Shown: piece after piece, positions 38,090 through 51,200 of the stretch
Layout: each line of letters begins with the position of its first letter
Position numbering within the stretch: position 1 is the first letter of the stretch
Notes under the pieces: model-generated
Told to the model about the DNA's origin: nothing
What the model saw: the letters and a program-made list of their open reading frames with translations, nothing else
Databases searched by the model: none
Origin: Mobula hypostoma
Taxonomy: Eukaryota
Direction of reading: 5' to 3'
DNA length: 64,000 bases
NCBI RefSeq assembly: GCF_963921235.1
Contig: NC_086108.1
Span: forward strand, 3,472,001-3,536,000
Made by a program: the position numbers and the translations under genes

Positions 38090-38990
38090 GAGCTCTTGGC
38101 TCCATTGATGCCCTGGGCGCGCGCGGTGCACGCTGGGATTGTCGCCCCGCCGCCGCCATTTTGTCAGTCCCACAGACCGACGGCCCTTTTGTCTGTGTCG
38201 GACCCCACTCGCTCGTCTTCGGGCTCTCCCTCCGACAAAGGTAAGCTTTCCCTCGGCCCCGGTCTGCCCGCTTCGCGCCTGGACCCTCCGCTTACCTCTC
38301 GCGCCCCACCTCTGCCGCTTTTTAGGACTCTGACTCTGCCCCGGAGGGGGGAACTGTCGAGAAAATTCCAGAAGATGCGAGAGAGAGGAGGGAAAAATCG
38401 CCTCGTTCGAATAAAAACAAGAGGCCTTCGGTGACTGGAAGATGGGGGGTGTGAATAAATAAGCTAAACTGGTAGGAAAATAGCCTGAATTGGCGCGGGA
38501 TACATCTTCGGTAACTTTAAAGCGCCTCTTGTGCTGTTTCTGAGGTGAACGGATAGTTATTTAAGGGCCCTGTGGTTTTTATTCGCCGTTTCTTCCCCCT
38601 TGACATGGCTTCGCTTTCGCGGCGCCTTCATGTTTCTCGTCCTCGCCTGCGCGCCGGCCAACCGAACTTGAGAAGGAAAACAAACCGTGCCCCACCCCCA
38701 ACTTGCGACTATTCCCCGCCCCCTTTCTTCTCCCATTGGCTCCTGCGCCTTCGCTGTCCCTGCGCCGGTTGGACGGAGCAATCTGTCCGTTAGCACTGCT
38801 CGGTCCGATTGGAAAAGCAGCGCCGTCAATTAATGGAAAGTGCGTGCGCACGCGCGATGTCGCTGTGTACCATGGGAGTTGTAGTGCTATATCTGCGGGA
38901 CGGTCATTACGCGCAGGCGCCGATACTGCTGTGTTTTCTGGGAGTTGTAGTTTGCGTTTGGTCTGCGAAATTTGGGAAGCGCTTCAAAGA
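38090..38990. promoter_or_regulatory. CpG island / promoter region of the H3.3 gene (possibly bidirectional)
   Basis: Dense CpG in an otherwise CpG-depleted window; YY1-type GCCGCCATTTTG 38152-38163; GC box CCCCGCCCC ~38714; inverted CCAAT (ATTGG) ~38735 and ~38808; NRF1-like TGCGCACGCGC ~38846. Confidence 0.8.
38150..38240 (+). other. Probable non-coding first exon of H3.3 (start approximate)
   Basis: Near-consensus donor AAG|GTAAGC after 38240, inside the CpG island. The coding exon has an acceptor (tttcctccgtcacag, ends 40410) 24 nt before the ATG, as expected for vertebrate H3.3 genes with a 5'-UTR intron. Confidence 0.6.
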
Positions 38991-39183
38991 ACTACAAATT
39001 GGATTTAGCTGTCATGAGTAATTCCTGCCCCTATTTGAATTAGCAACAATAAATAAGTAATACAATGTTATTATTAGCTTGTTATTTCATTAGGTCATGT
39101 TATTTTGATTATGCATTTTGATATCATTATGGAAATGTATACGATCATTCAGTGCGATTGGAAAAACATGACGTGGTTGAAAC

Positions 39184-39393
39184 AACACACATCAAAGTTG
39201 CTGGTGAACGCAGCAGGCCAGGCAGCATCTCTAGGAAGAGGTACAGTCGACGTTTCAGGCCGAGACCCTTCGTCAGGACTAACTGAAGGAAGAGTTAGTA
39301 AGGGATTTGAAAGTGGGAGAGGGAGGGGGCGTTCACCAGCAACTTTGATGTGTGTTGCTTGAATTTCCAGCATCTGCAGAATTCCTGTTGTTT
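39184..39393. mobile_element. Fold-back Penelope-like insertion upstream of the H3.3 ATG (probable intron 1)
   Basis: Inverted caacacacatcaaagttgctggtgaacgc arms; 13-bp TSD acgtggttgaaac (39171-39183 / 39394-39406). Confidence 0.85.
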
Positions 39394-40434
39394 ACGTGGT
39401 TGAAACTGTGGAATTAGTCCTCTAAGAGCCGAATGAATGATTTTTGCACCCGAGAGTCCTGTAAACAAATCAATCTTTTCCAGCAGACGTGTTGGAGTGA
39501 CATGTGCCAAGTTTGCATGCCCTTTCTTACCAGTTTCGCAAATTGTTTGTAAACTACGGTCAGAGAACGTGTCCTCAAACCATTTACCTCAGATGAGACT
39601 TTTTATGCCTGATGCAAGTCAGCGAAATTCAGTAGGTTTCCAAAACTGGGCTGCAAATATAAATTTAAATATAATTAACATTGTTGTGCATTTAAACCCT
39701 GTTGTATGTTATTAAAACGCGGGTTCATCAGTATACATCATTAGATGTTTCTACTGCGTTTGGATCAGTCTGATAGTAGTAAACCCTTCATTTGTTGGGA
39801 CTCCCCATTTTGAAACCTTTACAGTCTTTTCCTGAACCGGAAGGTTTTTTTCAACGCTCCACTTGATTAATTGACTGATTTTGCCTTAATTCCCATTAGT
39901 TTTACAAGTGTGTATTGTAAGCATTGTACATTATACACTGTAAGCAATGCAAGAGAGGATATCAATTTTAGGAAATAGTTCTGTCATATTTTTCTTCATA
40001 TCACACCCGGAATGTCGCAAAGGTTTTTTTTGTGTGTGTCTATTAGACACCGAAAAGACAAACTAAACCAGTGTTTACTAAAAAGGGCAAACTCTTTGCT
40101 CAACATCACAAATACTGAACAAATTAACCATTGCCAGCGAGTCAAAGGAGTGGTTTTCATTCCAGTGACCCAGGGCGCCGTCTACTGGTTGATCCTTCAA
40201 TTGTTGAATCTGACACGATACAAGTTTCGCAATTTTCCATTTAAAGTTTTGTTTTAACCGATGAGCCACCCTTAACCCAGATTTATAAATCTCGAGTTAG
40301 TTCCACTTTCATGTCGCAGTTTCTTCCGACAACGTTGATACTTTCTCAACCTGCCCGGGAGTTTTGATCTCGTCCTAATCAAGTTGCCTATTTGCTTTCC
40401 TCCGTCACAGCAACTTGCGTGAAAGCTCTTCGAA

Positions 40435-40562
40435 ATGGCTCGTACAAAGCAGACAGCTCGCAAATCCACTGGAGGCAAGGCCCCCCGGAAGCAGCTTGCG
40501 ACCAAAGCCGCCCGCAAGAGCGCGCCTTCCACTGGTGGAGTCAAGAAACCACATCGTTACAG
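40435..40562 (+). CDS. H3F3: Histone H3.3, coding exon 1 (MARTKQ...[15 protein letters not shown])
   Basis: Exact H3 N-terminus with H3.3-diagnostic Ser31; 128 coding nt; intron starts GCAGGT (GC donor). Confidence 0.97.
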
Positions 40563-40664
40563 GCAGGTCCTTGCATTCTTTCCGGATCTTATGCAAATAC
40601 AACGATTAGATTATGAATATGGACGTGGTAAAGATCAGCCACCTCTCTCAGACCTTCATACGGA

Positions 40665-41375
40665 TATCAGAATCAGGTTTAATATCACTGGCATGTGTGG
40701 TGAAATGTGTTTACTTTGTTGCAGCAGTACAGTGCAATACATGACAACTATAAAAAAAACGGAATTATAGTATATATGTGTTAAATAAAAAAAGTATTCA
40801 TGGGTTCAGTGTCCATTCAGAAATCAGGTGGCAGAGGGGAAGAAGCTGTTCCTGAATCGCTGAGTGTGTGTCTTCAGGCTCCTGTACCTCCTTCCTGATG
40901 GTAGCAATGAGAAGAGGGTGAAGGGGGCCATTAATGATGGATGCTGCTTTTCTGCGGCATCTCTACTTGAAGATGTCCTGGATGCCAGGGAGGCTAGTAC
41001 CCATGATGGAGCTGACTGAGTTTACAACTCTGCAGCTTACTACAATCCAATGCAGCAGCCCACCGCCACCCTTCCCCCATTCCAGACGGTGATGCCGCCA
41101 GCGAGAATGGCCTCCATTGTACATCTTCAGAAATTTTCATGTGTTTTAGGTGACAAACCAAATCTCCTCAAACTCCTAATGAAATATAGCCACCATCTTG
41201 CCTTCTTTGTAGCTGCATCAATATGTTGGGACCAGGTTAGGTCCTCAGAGATATTGACACCCAGGGACTTGAAATTGCTCACTCTTTCCATGTCTGATCC
41301 ATCTATAAGGACTGGTGTGTGTTTCCTCATCTTACCCTTTCTGAAGTCCATAATTGCCTCTTTGGTCTTGTAATG
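40665..41375 (-). mobile_element. Rex1/Babar 3' fragment in the H3.3 intron
   Basis: DFRKGK..ERVSNFKSLGVNISEDLTWSQHI..KKAR..LYFIRSLRRFG; (ctgatt) tail. Confidence 0.8.
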
Positions 41376-43071
41376 TTAAGGGAGTAACATTAGGGCACTA
41401 ACTATAACTTTAAACTTAGATGCATGGATTGTCAGATTATCACCTTCCCTTTTTTTAGATGTTTATGTGTTCAGTGTTGTGTCTGCTTCTGAATGCTAGA
41501 TCCACAAATCGTCAGCATTCTTTAGTGCAGCAAGTGGAGGATAGGGAGGCACAATAATGTAGTTAGCATACCATTTCATCAGCGGGGTCAATGTAAGGAA
41601 TTTATATGTAAAGAGTTTGTATGTTCTCCCCGTGACTGCATAGGACTCCTCTGGGTGTTCAAGTTTCCACCCACAGTACAAATATGTACGGTCAGGGTTT
41701 GTAAGTTGTGGGTGTGCTATGTTGGTGACACTTGGTGGGCTGCATCCAGCACATCCTTGAATCTGTGTTGGTCATTGATGCAGATGACACATTTCATTGT
41801 GTGTTTTGATGTACATGTAAGAGATAAAGCTAATCTTAATCTCTTCTCTGCACTGGGTGATTTGTGACCTATTGTGAGTTCCATTCAGGCATTGAAACTT
41901 GGTGGGAAGGCACAGTGTCACTTTGTCACCAAGCCAGTAAATATTGTCAGACTTGGAGAGGTCAGAGTGCCCAGAGTTACTACTAGAACTACACTATGCT
42001 AGAGACGATAGGGCCAGCACTGGGTATCCGAGTATGAATCATTTCAGCAAAAATGCTCTATCAGTAATACTGATTCACTGGTCCAGTGATTTGATTTACT
42101 CGCCTTTGATTCAAACAGAAATTGGAACCTGACTTTAAAATTCCCTGTGGGAATTCTGCCACCATTTTTTAAAAAACTAATATGATTTCATCGTTGGAAA
42201 ATCTTTCAGGATTCCTTTTAGTTTATTGTTTTCTGTTCTCTTTCTCCCTCATTAGTGAGAGACAGCCTGTTCAGATGTCAAGGTGTTGGAATGGACAGTA
42301 GTTTTTGATGGACTATAGATCATGGTCTCTTTGGGGGCTTTGCTATTGCTTGCATGGTGGGGGGAGGACTGATGTTTTTTGCTGGAACAGATGGGGAGGG
42401 GAAGTTGATGCTTCGCTGCTGCTTGCGCATGGCAGGGGAGGAGGGCTTTGGGGGTCTATAGTTTTTTGTCATTCATTCTTTGGGTTTTTTCCTCTGGATC
42501 TCTATGAAGAGTAAGGATTTCAAGTTGTATACTATATACTTTCCCTGTCATTAAATTGAACCATTGTTGGATTATGGTACCAGGACACTGGTGATCTTTT
42601 GATTTTGATGAGTGTTAGTGGCTAATTGACCAACAGGTCACAGCTCATGTCTAAACCGCTAAAGGCTGACTTCCTACAGTTGCCTTATGATTAGCAATAG
42701 GAGTCCTGGCTAACCTGAGCTGTCGTAAAACCCTCCATGTCTGTTAGATCCCCACCTAGCTATTCTAATGCACAGAGTCAGGAAAAGCTGCAGAGGCTTG
42801 AAAGCTCAGCCAGCTTCATAGTGTGCACTGCCTCCTCACCGTCAAGGACATCTTCAAAAGGCATTGCCTCAAGAAGGAAGGTCCATCATTAGGGACCTCC
42901 ACCACCCAAGACATGCCCTCTTCTCATTGCTACTGTCACAGGAGCCTGAAGATTCACACTCGGTGTTTTAGGAACAGCTTTTTCCCCTTCACTGAATGGA
43001 CGATTAACCCATGAACACTACCTCACCATTTCTCTTTTTTGCCTACTTTTTGCACTACTTACTCAATATAT

Positions 43072-43323
43072 GACCTGGCTGGTGACGTAGTGGCATCAGC
43101 GTTAGACTTCCGGACGAAAGGTCCTGAGTTCGAATCCAGCCGGCTCCCCTGCACGCTTTCCATCCGTGCTGGGTTACGAGCTGGTGATCTCTTTGGAAAG
43201 TCACCCGGCAGAAGGCAATGGCAAACCACTGCAGTAACTTGCCTGGTACGTGGTTCCCCACTACGCCAGAGAGGCGTCCGCTAACTGGAGAAACTCCGGG
43301 TGCAACGTGCCTTTCCTTTTTTC
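43072..43323 (+). mobile_element. tRNA-derived SINE with an RTE (Bov-A-like) segment
   Basis: A box TGACGTAGTGG, B box GTTCGAATCC, gaaggcaatggcaaaccactgcagta..ttgcc motif, (cctttc) tail; TSD actcaatatRt (43061-43071 / 43324-43334). Confidence 0.8.
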
Positions 43324-43489
43324 ACTCAATATGTATCTCTTATCATTTATAGTTTTTTATATATGCAATGTACTGTTGCTGCAAAACAATATGTTTCACA
43401 AATATGCCAATGATATTAATCCTGATTCTGATTCTAATACATTGCTGGCCAGTCTGTCACTTTCCCATGAATAAATCTATTATCAATTA

Positions 43490-44070
43490 TCTAAGAAAGG
43501 AAGTGCTGGCACTGGAAGAAGTCCAGAGGAGGTTCATGAGAATGATCCCGGGAATGAAAGGGTTAATGTGTGAGGAGCTTTTGATGGTTCTGGGCCTGTA
43601 TTACTGAAGTTTATAGGAGTGAAGGGGGCGTGTCTTTGAAACTTGGTAAATATTGAAAGGCTTAGATAGAGTGGATGTGGAGAGGATGTTTCCTATAGGG
43701 GGTGAGTCTAGGACCAGAGGACGCGGCCTCAGAATACAAGGACATTCTTTTAGAACAGAGTAAGGGGGATTTTTTTTTAGCCAGAGAGTGGAATTCATTG
43801 CTATAGACGGCTGCAGAGGCCACGTTCTGGGTATATTTCAGGCAGTTAATTGATTCTTGATCAGAAACATAGAAAATTTACAGCACATTACTTTGGCTCA
43901 CAATGTTGTGCCGACCATGTAACCTACTCTAGAATCTGCCTGGATTTTCCCAGCCGCATAGCCCTCTATTTTTTTAAGCTCCATGTACCTATTTAAGAGT
44001 CTCTTAAGAGACCTTATTGTATCTGCCTCCACCACCATTGTTGGCAGTGCATTCCACACACCCACCACTC
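43490..44070. mobile_element. Two CR1 3' fragments, tail to tail (+ then -)
   Basis: YLRKEVLALEEVQRRFMRMIPG on +; RVVGVWNALP..VVEADT on -. Confidence 0.75.
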
Positions 44071-46278
44071 TCTTTGAGGATTCAGAGTAGATCAAAGAAA
44101 TACAATAGAATCAATGAAAACTTGCACACAAAGCCTGACAAACAACCAAAATATGTTTAAGTAACAATATAAATATTCTGATGAAGAGTTGCAAACTCAA
44201 AATGTTTGCTGTTCTTTTTACTCTAGAAGCTATTTGAGCTGGTGAGATTTTCCAGCATTTTCTATTAGCAACATGCAAAAAATGTTAGAGGAACTCAGCA
44301 GGTCTGGGAGCATCTGTGGAAATCAATAAAGAATGGATGTTTCAGGCTGGTACCCTTCTTCAGGGCTGGAAAGAAAGAAGGCAGAATAAAGAGGTGGACG
44401 GGGGAGAGAGGGAAAGGAGAATAGCTGGACGGTGGTAGGTGAAGTCAGGTGGGTGGGAAAGGTAAAAGGAATCCGCTAGGAGAGGACAGTGTCCACAAGA
44501 GAAAAGGAAGAAGGAGGGGCATCAAGCAGAGGTGATAGGCGGGTGACAAAAAGAGGTAAGAGGCCAGAGTGCAAGTAGAAGAGAGAAGGGATAGGATTAG
44601 TAAGAGCGTCAAAGGTTATGGGGCGAAGGCAGGAGAGTGGGGTTGAGAGGGATGATAAATCAGCCCTGATGGAATGGTGGAGCAGACTCATTGGGCCACA
44701 TGGCCTAATTCTGCTCCTATGTCTATGGTATAAAAAGTGAGCTCTTTCAAAACTTTGCTACCTGTGTTCTAAGTCACTTCAGGTCACTTTCACCCATGAG
44801 TCAAGAGTGAGTAGATGAATGTTGGCTCCCAGGAAAACAACATTTCAGTTTTGTATTGGATCTCTTCTCCAATTCTCTCCAACCATTCTCCTTTATCATA
44901 ACTCCCAACCATTGAGCGCATCACAAGAAACACTGTCGCAGGAAAGCAGCATCCATCATCAGGAATCCCTACCATCAGCTCTCTTCTTACTGCTGCCATC
45001 AGGAAAGATGTACAGGAGCCTTAGAACCCACACCAGGTTCAGGAACAATTATTACCCCTCAACCATCAGGGTCTTGAACCAGAGTGGATAACTTCACTCA
45101 CCCCATTATTAAAATGTTCCCATAGCACAATGGACTGGAATTGAAGGACTCTTCGTCTCCTGTTCTCATTATTGATTGCTTCTTTATTTATTATTGTCCT
45201 TTCTTGTTTTTGTCTTTGTTGTCTTCTACACTCTAGCTGAACACCCTTGTTAGGCGGTCTTTCATTGATTCTGTTAGGGTTATTATTCTATAGATTTGTT
45301 GAGTATTGCCACAAGAAAATGAATCTCAGGGTTGTATGGTAAAGTAAGGAAATTTACTTTGAGCTTTGTTTTTTTTTAACTTCATCCTGCTTTGCAACTG
45401 CTCCTTCAAATCTGGCTTCAAAGTAAATTTATTATCAAAGTACATATATGTCACCATTTACAGCCCTGAGATTTATTTGCTTACGGGCATACACAGTAAA
45501 TCAAAGAAACACAATAGAATCAATGAAAGACCACAGCCAACAGGACAGACAAAGGAGCAAATACAAAATGAAAGAAATAATTATAAATAAGCAATAAACA
45601 ATAATTTTTATTATTTATTTTTAATATTTAAAATTTAATATTTACTATTGATTTGTAATCCAGGGAGTGTGAAGTGCAGAATCAAATATCGCTGTGATGA
45701 TTGTACGCTCTAGTATCAATTGTTTGGTGACTATAAAGTATAAATATTGAGAACATGAGATGAAGATTCCATGAAAGTGAATCCACTGGATGTGGGAACA
45801 ATTCAGTGATTTTAACCCCTGTACGATTGTTGATTGTGCTCTCAACTGCTCAGTTGAAACTACAGGGAGAATTTTGTTGCACTGGAGAGGTTGCAGAAGA
45901 AATTCAGGATGTTGTTGTCTACTTAGGAGGACTTGAGTTGTGAGTCATAGAAAAGTACAGCACGGAAACAGGCCCATTGGCCCATCTAGTCCATGCTGAA
46001 CTATTTAAATTACCTACTCCCATTGACCTGCACCCAGACCTCAGCCCTTCATAACCCTAAAATCCATGCACCTATCCAGACTTCTCTTAAACGTTGAAAT
46101 TGAGCTTGTATGCATCACTTGTGCTAGCAACTCGTTCCACATTCTTACCACCCTCTGAGTGAAGAAGTTTCCACTCATGTTCCCCTTAAACTTTTCACCT
46201 TTCACCCTTAACTCATGACCTCTAGTTGTAGTCCCACCCAACCTCAGTAGAAAAAGCCTGCTTGCATTTACCCTATCT

Positions 46279-46943
46279 CATAGTCATAGTCATACTTTAT
46301 TGATCCCGGGGGAAATTGGTTTTCGTTACAGTTGCACCATAAATAATAAATAGTAATAAACCCATAAATAATTAAATAGTAATATGCAAATTACGCCAGG
46401 AAATAAGTCCAGGACCAGCCTAGTGGCTCAGGGTGTCTGACCCTCCAAGGGAAGAGTTGTAAGGTTTGATGGCCACAGGCAGGAATGACTTCCTATGATG
46501 CTCTGTGTTGCATCTCGGTGGAATGAGTCTCTGGCTGAATGTACTCCTGTGCCCAACTAGTATATTATGTAGTGGATGGGAGACATTGTCCAAGGTGGCA
46601 TGCAACTTAGACAGCATCCTCTTTTCAGACACCACTGTCAGAGAGTCCAGTTCCATCCCCACAACGTCACTGGCCTTATGAATGAGTTTGTTGATTCTGT
46701 TGGTGTCTGCTACCCTCAGCTTGTTGCCCCAGCACACAACAGCAAACATGATAGCACTGGCCACCACAGACTCGTAGAACATCCTCAGCATCGTCCGGCA
46801 GATGTTAAAGGACCTCAGTCTCCTCAGGAGATAGAGACGGCACTGACCCTTCTTGTAGACAGCCTCAGTGTTCTTTGACCAGTCCAGTTTATTGTCAATT
46901 CGTATCCCCAGGTATTTGTAATCCTCCACTATGTCCACACTGA
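46279..46943 (-). mobile_element. Rex1/Babar-type 3' fragment with open ORF, inserted in a CR1 tail (45945-47095)
   Basis: Uninterrupted 172-aa ORF YKYLGIRIDNKLDW..RLYLLRRLRSF..FYESVVASAI..SFLPVAIK; aataaa + (atgact)n tail. Confidence 0.85.
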
Positions 46944-48269
46944 TCTATACCCCTCATGATTTTGTATAGCTCTATCAAATCTCCCCTCAATCTTCTACAT
47001 TCCAAGGAATAAAGTCACAGCAACATCCTTTTCTCTGCATTCTTTCAACCTTGTTTTTATCTTTCCTGTAGGTCGGTGCCCAAAACTGCAGTTACCCTTT
47101 AGAGGAGAGAGAGTGAGATATATATATATATCTCAATCAACAATATATATATTTATATTGAGTGATGGATTGGATAAGTAGGTGCTGTTGGCCTTGGAGC
47201 AAAGGAGGACAAATAGTGGAGACATAGGAAAGGCAAATGAGATTAGTGTAGATGGGCAAAATGGTGGAAGTGGAAATGGTTAGGCAGATGGGCCCATTTC
47301 TGTGCTTTGTGTACCAACTTCTTCACGCTTCAATCCCACAAACCATTCAAAGTTTAAAAATTTGAAGGAAATTTGTTTTCAAAGTTTTCTTGCGTGCATT
47401 CACAGTAGAATAAAGAAACAATAGAATCAATGAAAAGCTGCACACAGGACTGACGGAACAACTAATTTGCAAATACAAAAACAAACAATAATAAATAAAT
47501 GCATTAATGAATTAATGCCACAAAATGAGTTGTCAGGTCCTTGAAAGTGAGTCTGTCGGTTGTGGAGTCAGTTCAGAGTTGGGGTGAGTGAAGTTATCCA
47601 CGCTGGTTCAGGAGCCTAATGGTTGAAGGGTAATAACTGTTCCTGAACCTGCTGGAGTGGGACTCGAGGCTCCTGCACCTTCTTCCTGATGGCAGCAGCA
47701 AGAAGAGAGCATGGCCTGAATGGTAGGTGTCCTACATGATGGATGCTGCTTTCTTGTGGTAGCACTTCATGTAGATGTGCTCAATACTGGGGAGTGTTAG
47801 CTCTTTGACCAAGATTCCGGCCATCTGTCTTAAATTTCCTCATGTGCCTTGTCATTTTTTAAAATGAAAATCTTGTGAATTGTTGTGGGTTGTTGTTGCT
47901 GTTAACATTACTCTCTCTATGAATCCTCGTTGATAGTCTTTGGAATATGTCGTGAAATGTGGTGTTTTGTGGCAGCAGTACAGTGCAATACATAAAACAC
48001 TATAAATTACAATATGTAATATTTTTTTTATATATTTAAATTAATTAAGAAGTGCAAAAAGAGGGGGGAAAATAGGGAGGTAGTGTACATAGATTCATAG
48101 TCCATTCAGAAATTGATGATGGAGGAGAAGAAGCTGTTCCTAAAACATTTAGTGTGTGTCTCTTCGGGTTCCTTTACCTTGCCCTGATGGTAGTGACAAG
48201 AAGAGAGCATGTCTTGGGTAATGGAGGCCCTTAATGATGGTGGCCACCTTTTTGAAGCAGCTCCTTTTG

Positions 48270-51200
48270 TAGAACACAAAACAGTATAAGCACAGCAGCA
48301 GGCTGTTCGGCCCACAATGTTTGTGTCTACCAGTTAAAAAGCAAATCAAAAACATCCAAACACTAATATCTCCTACCTTCACAATGTCCATATCCCTCCC
48401 ATCTTTCATGTGTTTATCTCTTAAAAGCCTTTAATATATTTGACACTACCACCATACCAGGCAGTGTATTCCAGGCATTCATGACTCTAAGTAACAAAAC
48501 TTACCCCTCACGTCCCTCTTGAACCTACCCACTCACACATTCAATGCATGCACTCTGATATTAGACATTTCAACACTGGGGAAAAAGGGTAGACAGGGAG
48601 TATCTAACTATGCCTCTCATAAACCAGCATTCAACACCATAATTCCATCCAGGCTCGACAGGAAGCTCAAAGACCTCGGCCTTGACCCTGCCTTGTGCAA
48701 CTAGATCCTGGACTTCCTGTCAGATTGCCGGCAGGTGCTAAGAGTGGGCTCCCTCACCTCCACCCCTCTGACTCGCAACACAGGAACCCCTCAGGGCTGT
48801 GTACTAAGTCCCCTCCTTTACTCCCTGTATACCCATGACTGTGTCGCCACCCACAGCTCTAATCTGCTAATTAAATTTGCCGACGACACTACATTGATTG
48901 GCCTAATCTCAAACAGTAATGAGGTGGCCTACAGGGAAGAAGTCATCACCCTGACACAGTGGTGTCACGAAAACAACCTCTCCCTCAATTTCGCAAAAAC
49001 AAAGGAGCTGGTTGTGGATTACAGGAGGAATGGAGACAGGCTAACCCCGTTGACATCAATGGACCTGGGGTTTAGAGGGTAAACAGCTTTAAGTTCCTCG
49101 GCACCCACATCACCATGGTCTGTACGCACCAGCTATGTGGTGTAAAAGGCACAACAACACCTCTTTCACCTCAGATGTTCAAGGAAGTGTGGTATGGGCC
49201 CCTAAATCCTAAGAACTTTCTAAAGGGGCATAATTAAGAGCATCCTGACTGGCTGCATCACTGCCTGGTATGGGAATTGTACCACCCTTAATTGCAGGAC
49301 TCTGCAGAGAGTGGTGCAGACAGCCCAGCGCATCTGTAGTTGTGAACTTCCCATGATTCAGGACGTTTAGAAAGACAGGTGTGTAAAAAGGGCCCAAAAA
49401 ATCATTGAGGACCTGAGTCACACCAATCACCATCTATTCCAGCTGCCACCATCCGGGAAACGGTACCGCTGCATAAAAGCCAGGACCAGCAGACTCTGGG
49501 ACAGCTTCTTCCACCAGACCATCAGACTGATTAATTCACGCTGCTTAGAGTGTATTCCTTTGTTACATTGACTGTTCTATTTATTGTAAATTAGCATAAA
49601 TTACTATGATTTCACATTTAGACGGAGACGTAACGTAAACATTTTTACTCTTTGTGTATATGAAGGATGTAAGAAATTCAATTCAACCTCTATCATCTCT
49701 CCTTAGCCTCCGCAAGAGAAAACAGTCCAGGTTTATCCAGCCTCTTGTGATAGCACATGCCCTCTTAACCAGGCACTTCCTGGTGAACCTCTTCTGCACC
49801 ATCTCCAAAGCCTCAACATCCATCCTGTAGTCGAGCAAGCAGAGCTGTACGCAGTACTTCAGATGTGACCTAACAAGAGTTCCAACATAACCTCTTGACT
49901 TTTGAACTCAGTGCCTCGACTAAAGCAAGCATTCCATAAGCTGCCTTAGCCACCCTATCAACCTGTGTAAGAGCTATGAACTTGGATCCACCTGTACATC
50001 CGTCCTATAGTGAGGTGACCAGAACTGAACACAGTATTTCAAGTAGGGTCTAACTAAGGTCTCCTATAGCTTTAACATTACCTCACTGCCCTTAAATTCA
50101 TCCCATGGTTGATGAAGGCCATCACACAATATGCCTTCTTAACAACACTGCCATCCTACGCAGCAGCTTTGAGTGTCCTTTGGAGACAGAACCCAAGATC
50201 TTGCTAACCTCCATGCTGCCAAGAGTCTTACCATTAATATGATATTCTGTCTTCAAATTTGACCTACTGAAATGAACTACTTCACACTTACCTGGGTTGA
50301 ACTCCATCTGCCACTTCTCAGCCCAGTACAGCATCCTATCAATGTCCCACTGTAACCTCTGACAACCCTCCAGACTATCCACGATACCCTCAGCCTTTGT
50401 GTCATCAGCAAACTTACTAACCCACCTGCCTACTTCGTCCAGGTCATTTATAAAAATCACAAAGAGGAGGGGTCCTAGAACAGATCCCTGCAGAACGCCA
50501 CTGGTCACTGACCTCCATGTAGAATGCGAAACATCTACAACCACCCTTTGCCTGCTGTGGCAAGCCAATTCTGGATCCATAAAGCAAGGTCTCCTTGGAT
50601 CCCACGCCTCCTTACTTTCTGAATGAGCCTTGCATGATATACTACATCCACTACTCTACTTTCATCAGTGTGTTTTGTTACATCCTCAAAGAATTCAGTC
50701 AGGCTCTTAAGGCCTTGACAAAGCCATGCTGACTATCCCTAATCAGATTATGTCTCTCCAAATGCTCATAAGTTTTGCCTCTCAGGATCTTCTCCAACAA
50801 CTTGTCCACCATTGAAGTGAGACTCAGTGGTCTATAATTTCCTGAGTTACCTCTACTCCCTTTCTTGAACAAGGGAACAACATTTGCAACCTTCCATTTC
50901 CTCTGGTACTTCTCTCATCCCTATTGATGATGCAAAGATCATCACCAGAGGCTCAGCAATGTTTTGCCTCACTTCCCACCGTAGCCTGGGGTATATCTTG
51001 TCCGGTCCTGGTGACTTATCTAACTTAATACCTTTCAAAAGCTCCAGCACTTCCTCTTTCTTAATGTCTATACGCTCAAGCGCTTTATTCCACTGTAAGT
51101 CATCCCCACAATTGCCAAGGTCCTTTTCACTGGTGAATACTAAAGTATTCATTAAGTACCTACTTGGTCCTATTCTCACATACTTGTACAATGCCTTGGG

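Noticed and set aside
37968..38159. Minus-strand ORF starting AAAATGGCGGCG (good Kozak)
   Set aside because: Runs into the minisatellite with no credible donor or homology; better explained as a YY1 motif.
40435..40770. 111-aa ORF that looks like an H3 tail fused to a novel C-terminus
   Set aside because: Read-through into the intron and a Rex1 tail; splicing at the GC donor restores canonical H3.3. The ORFs at 56551-56811 and 62344-62562 are likewise exon-plus-intron artefacts.
43076..43145. tRNA gene
   Set aside because: It is the head of a TSD-flanked SINE with an RTE-like body; no full cloverleaf is evident.
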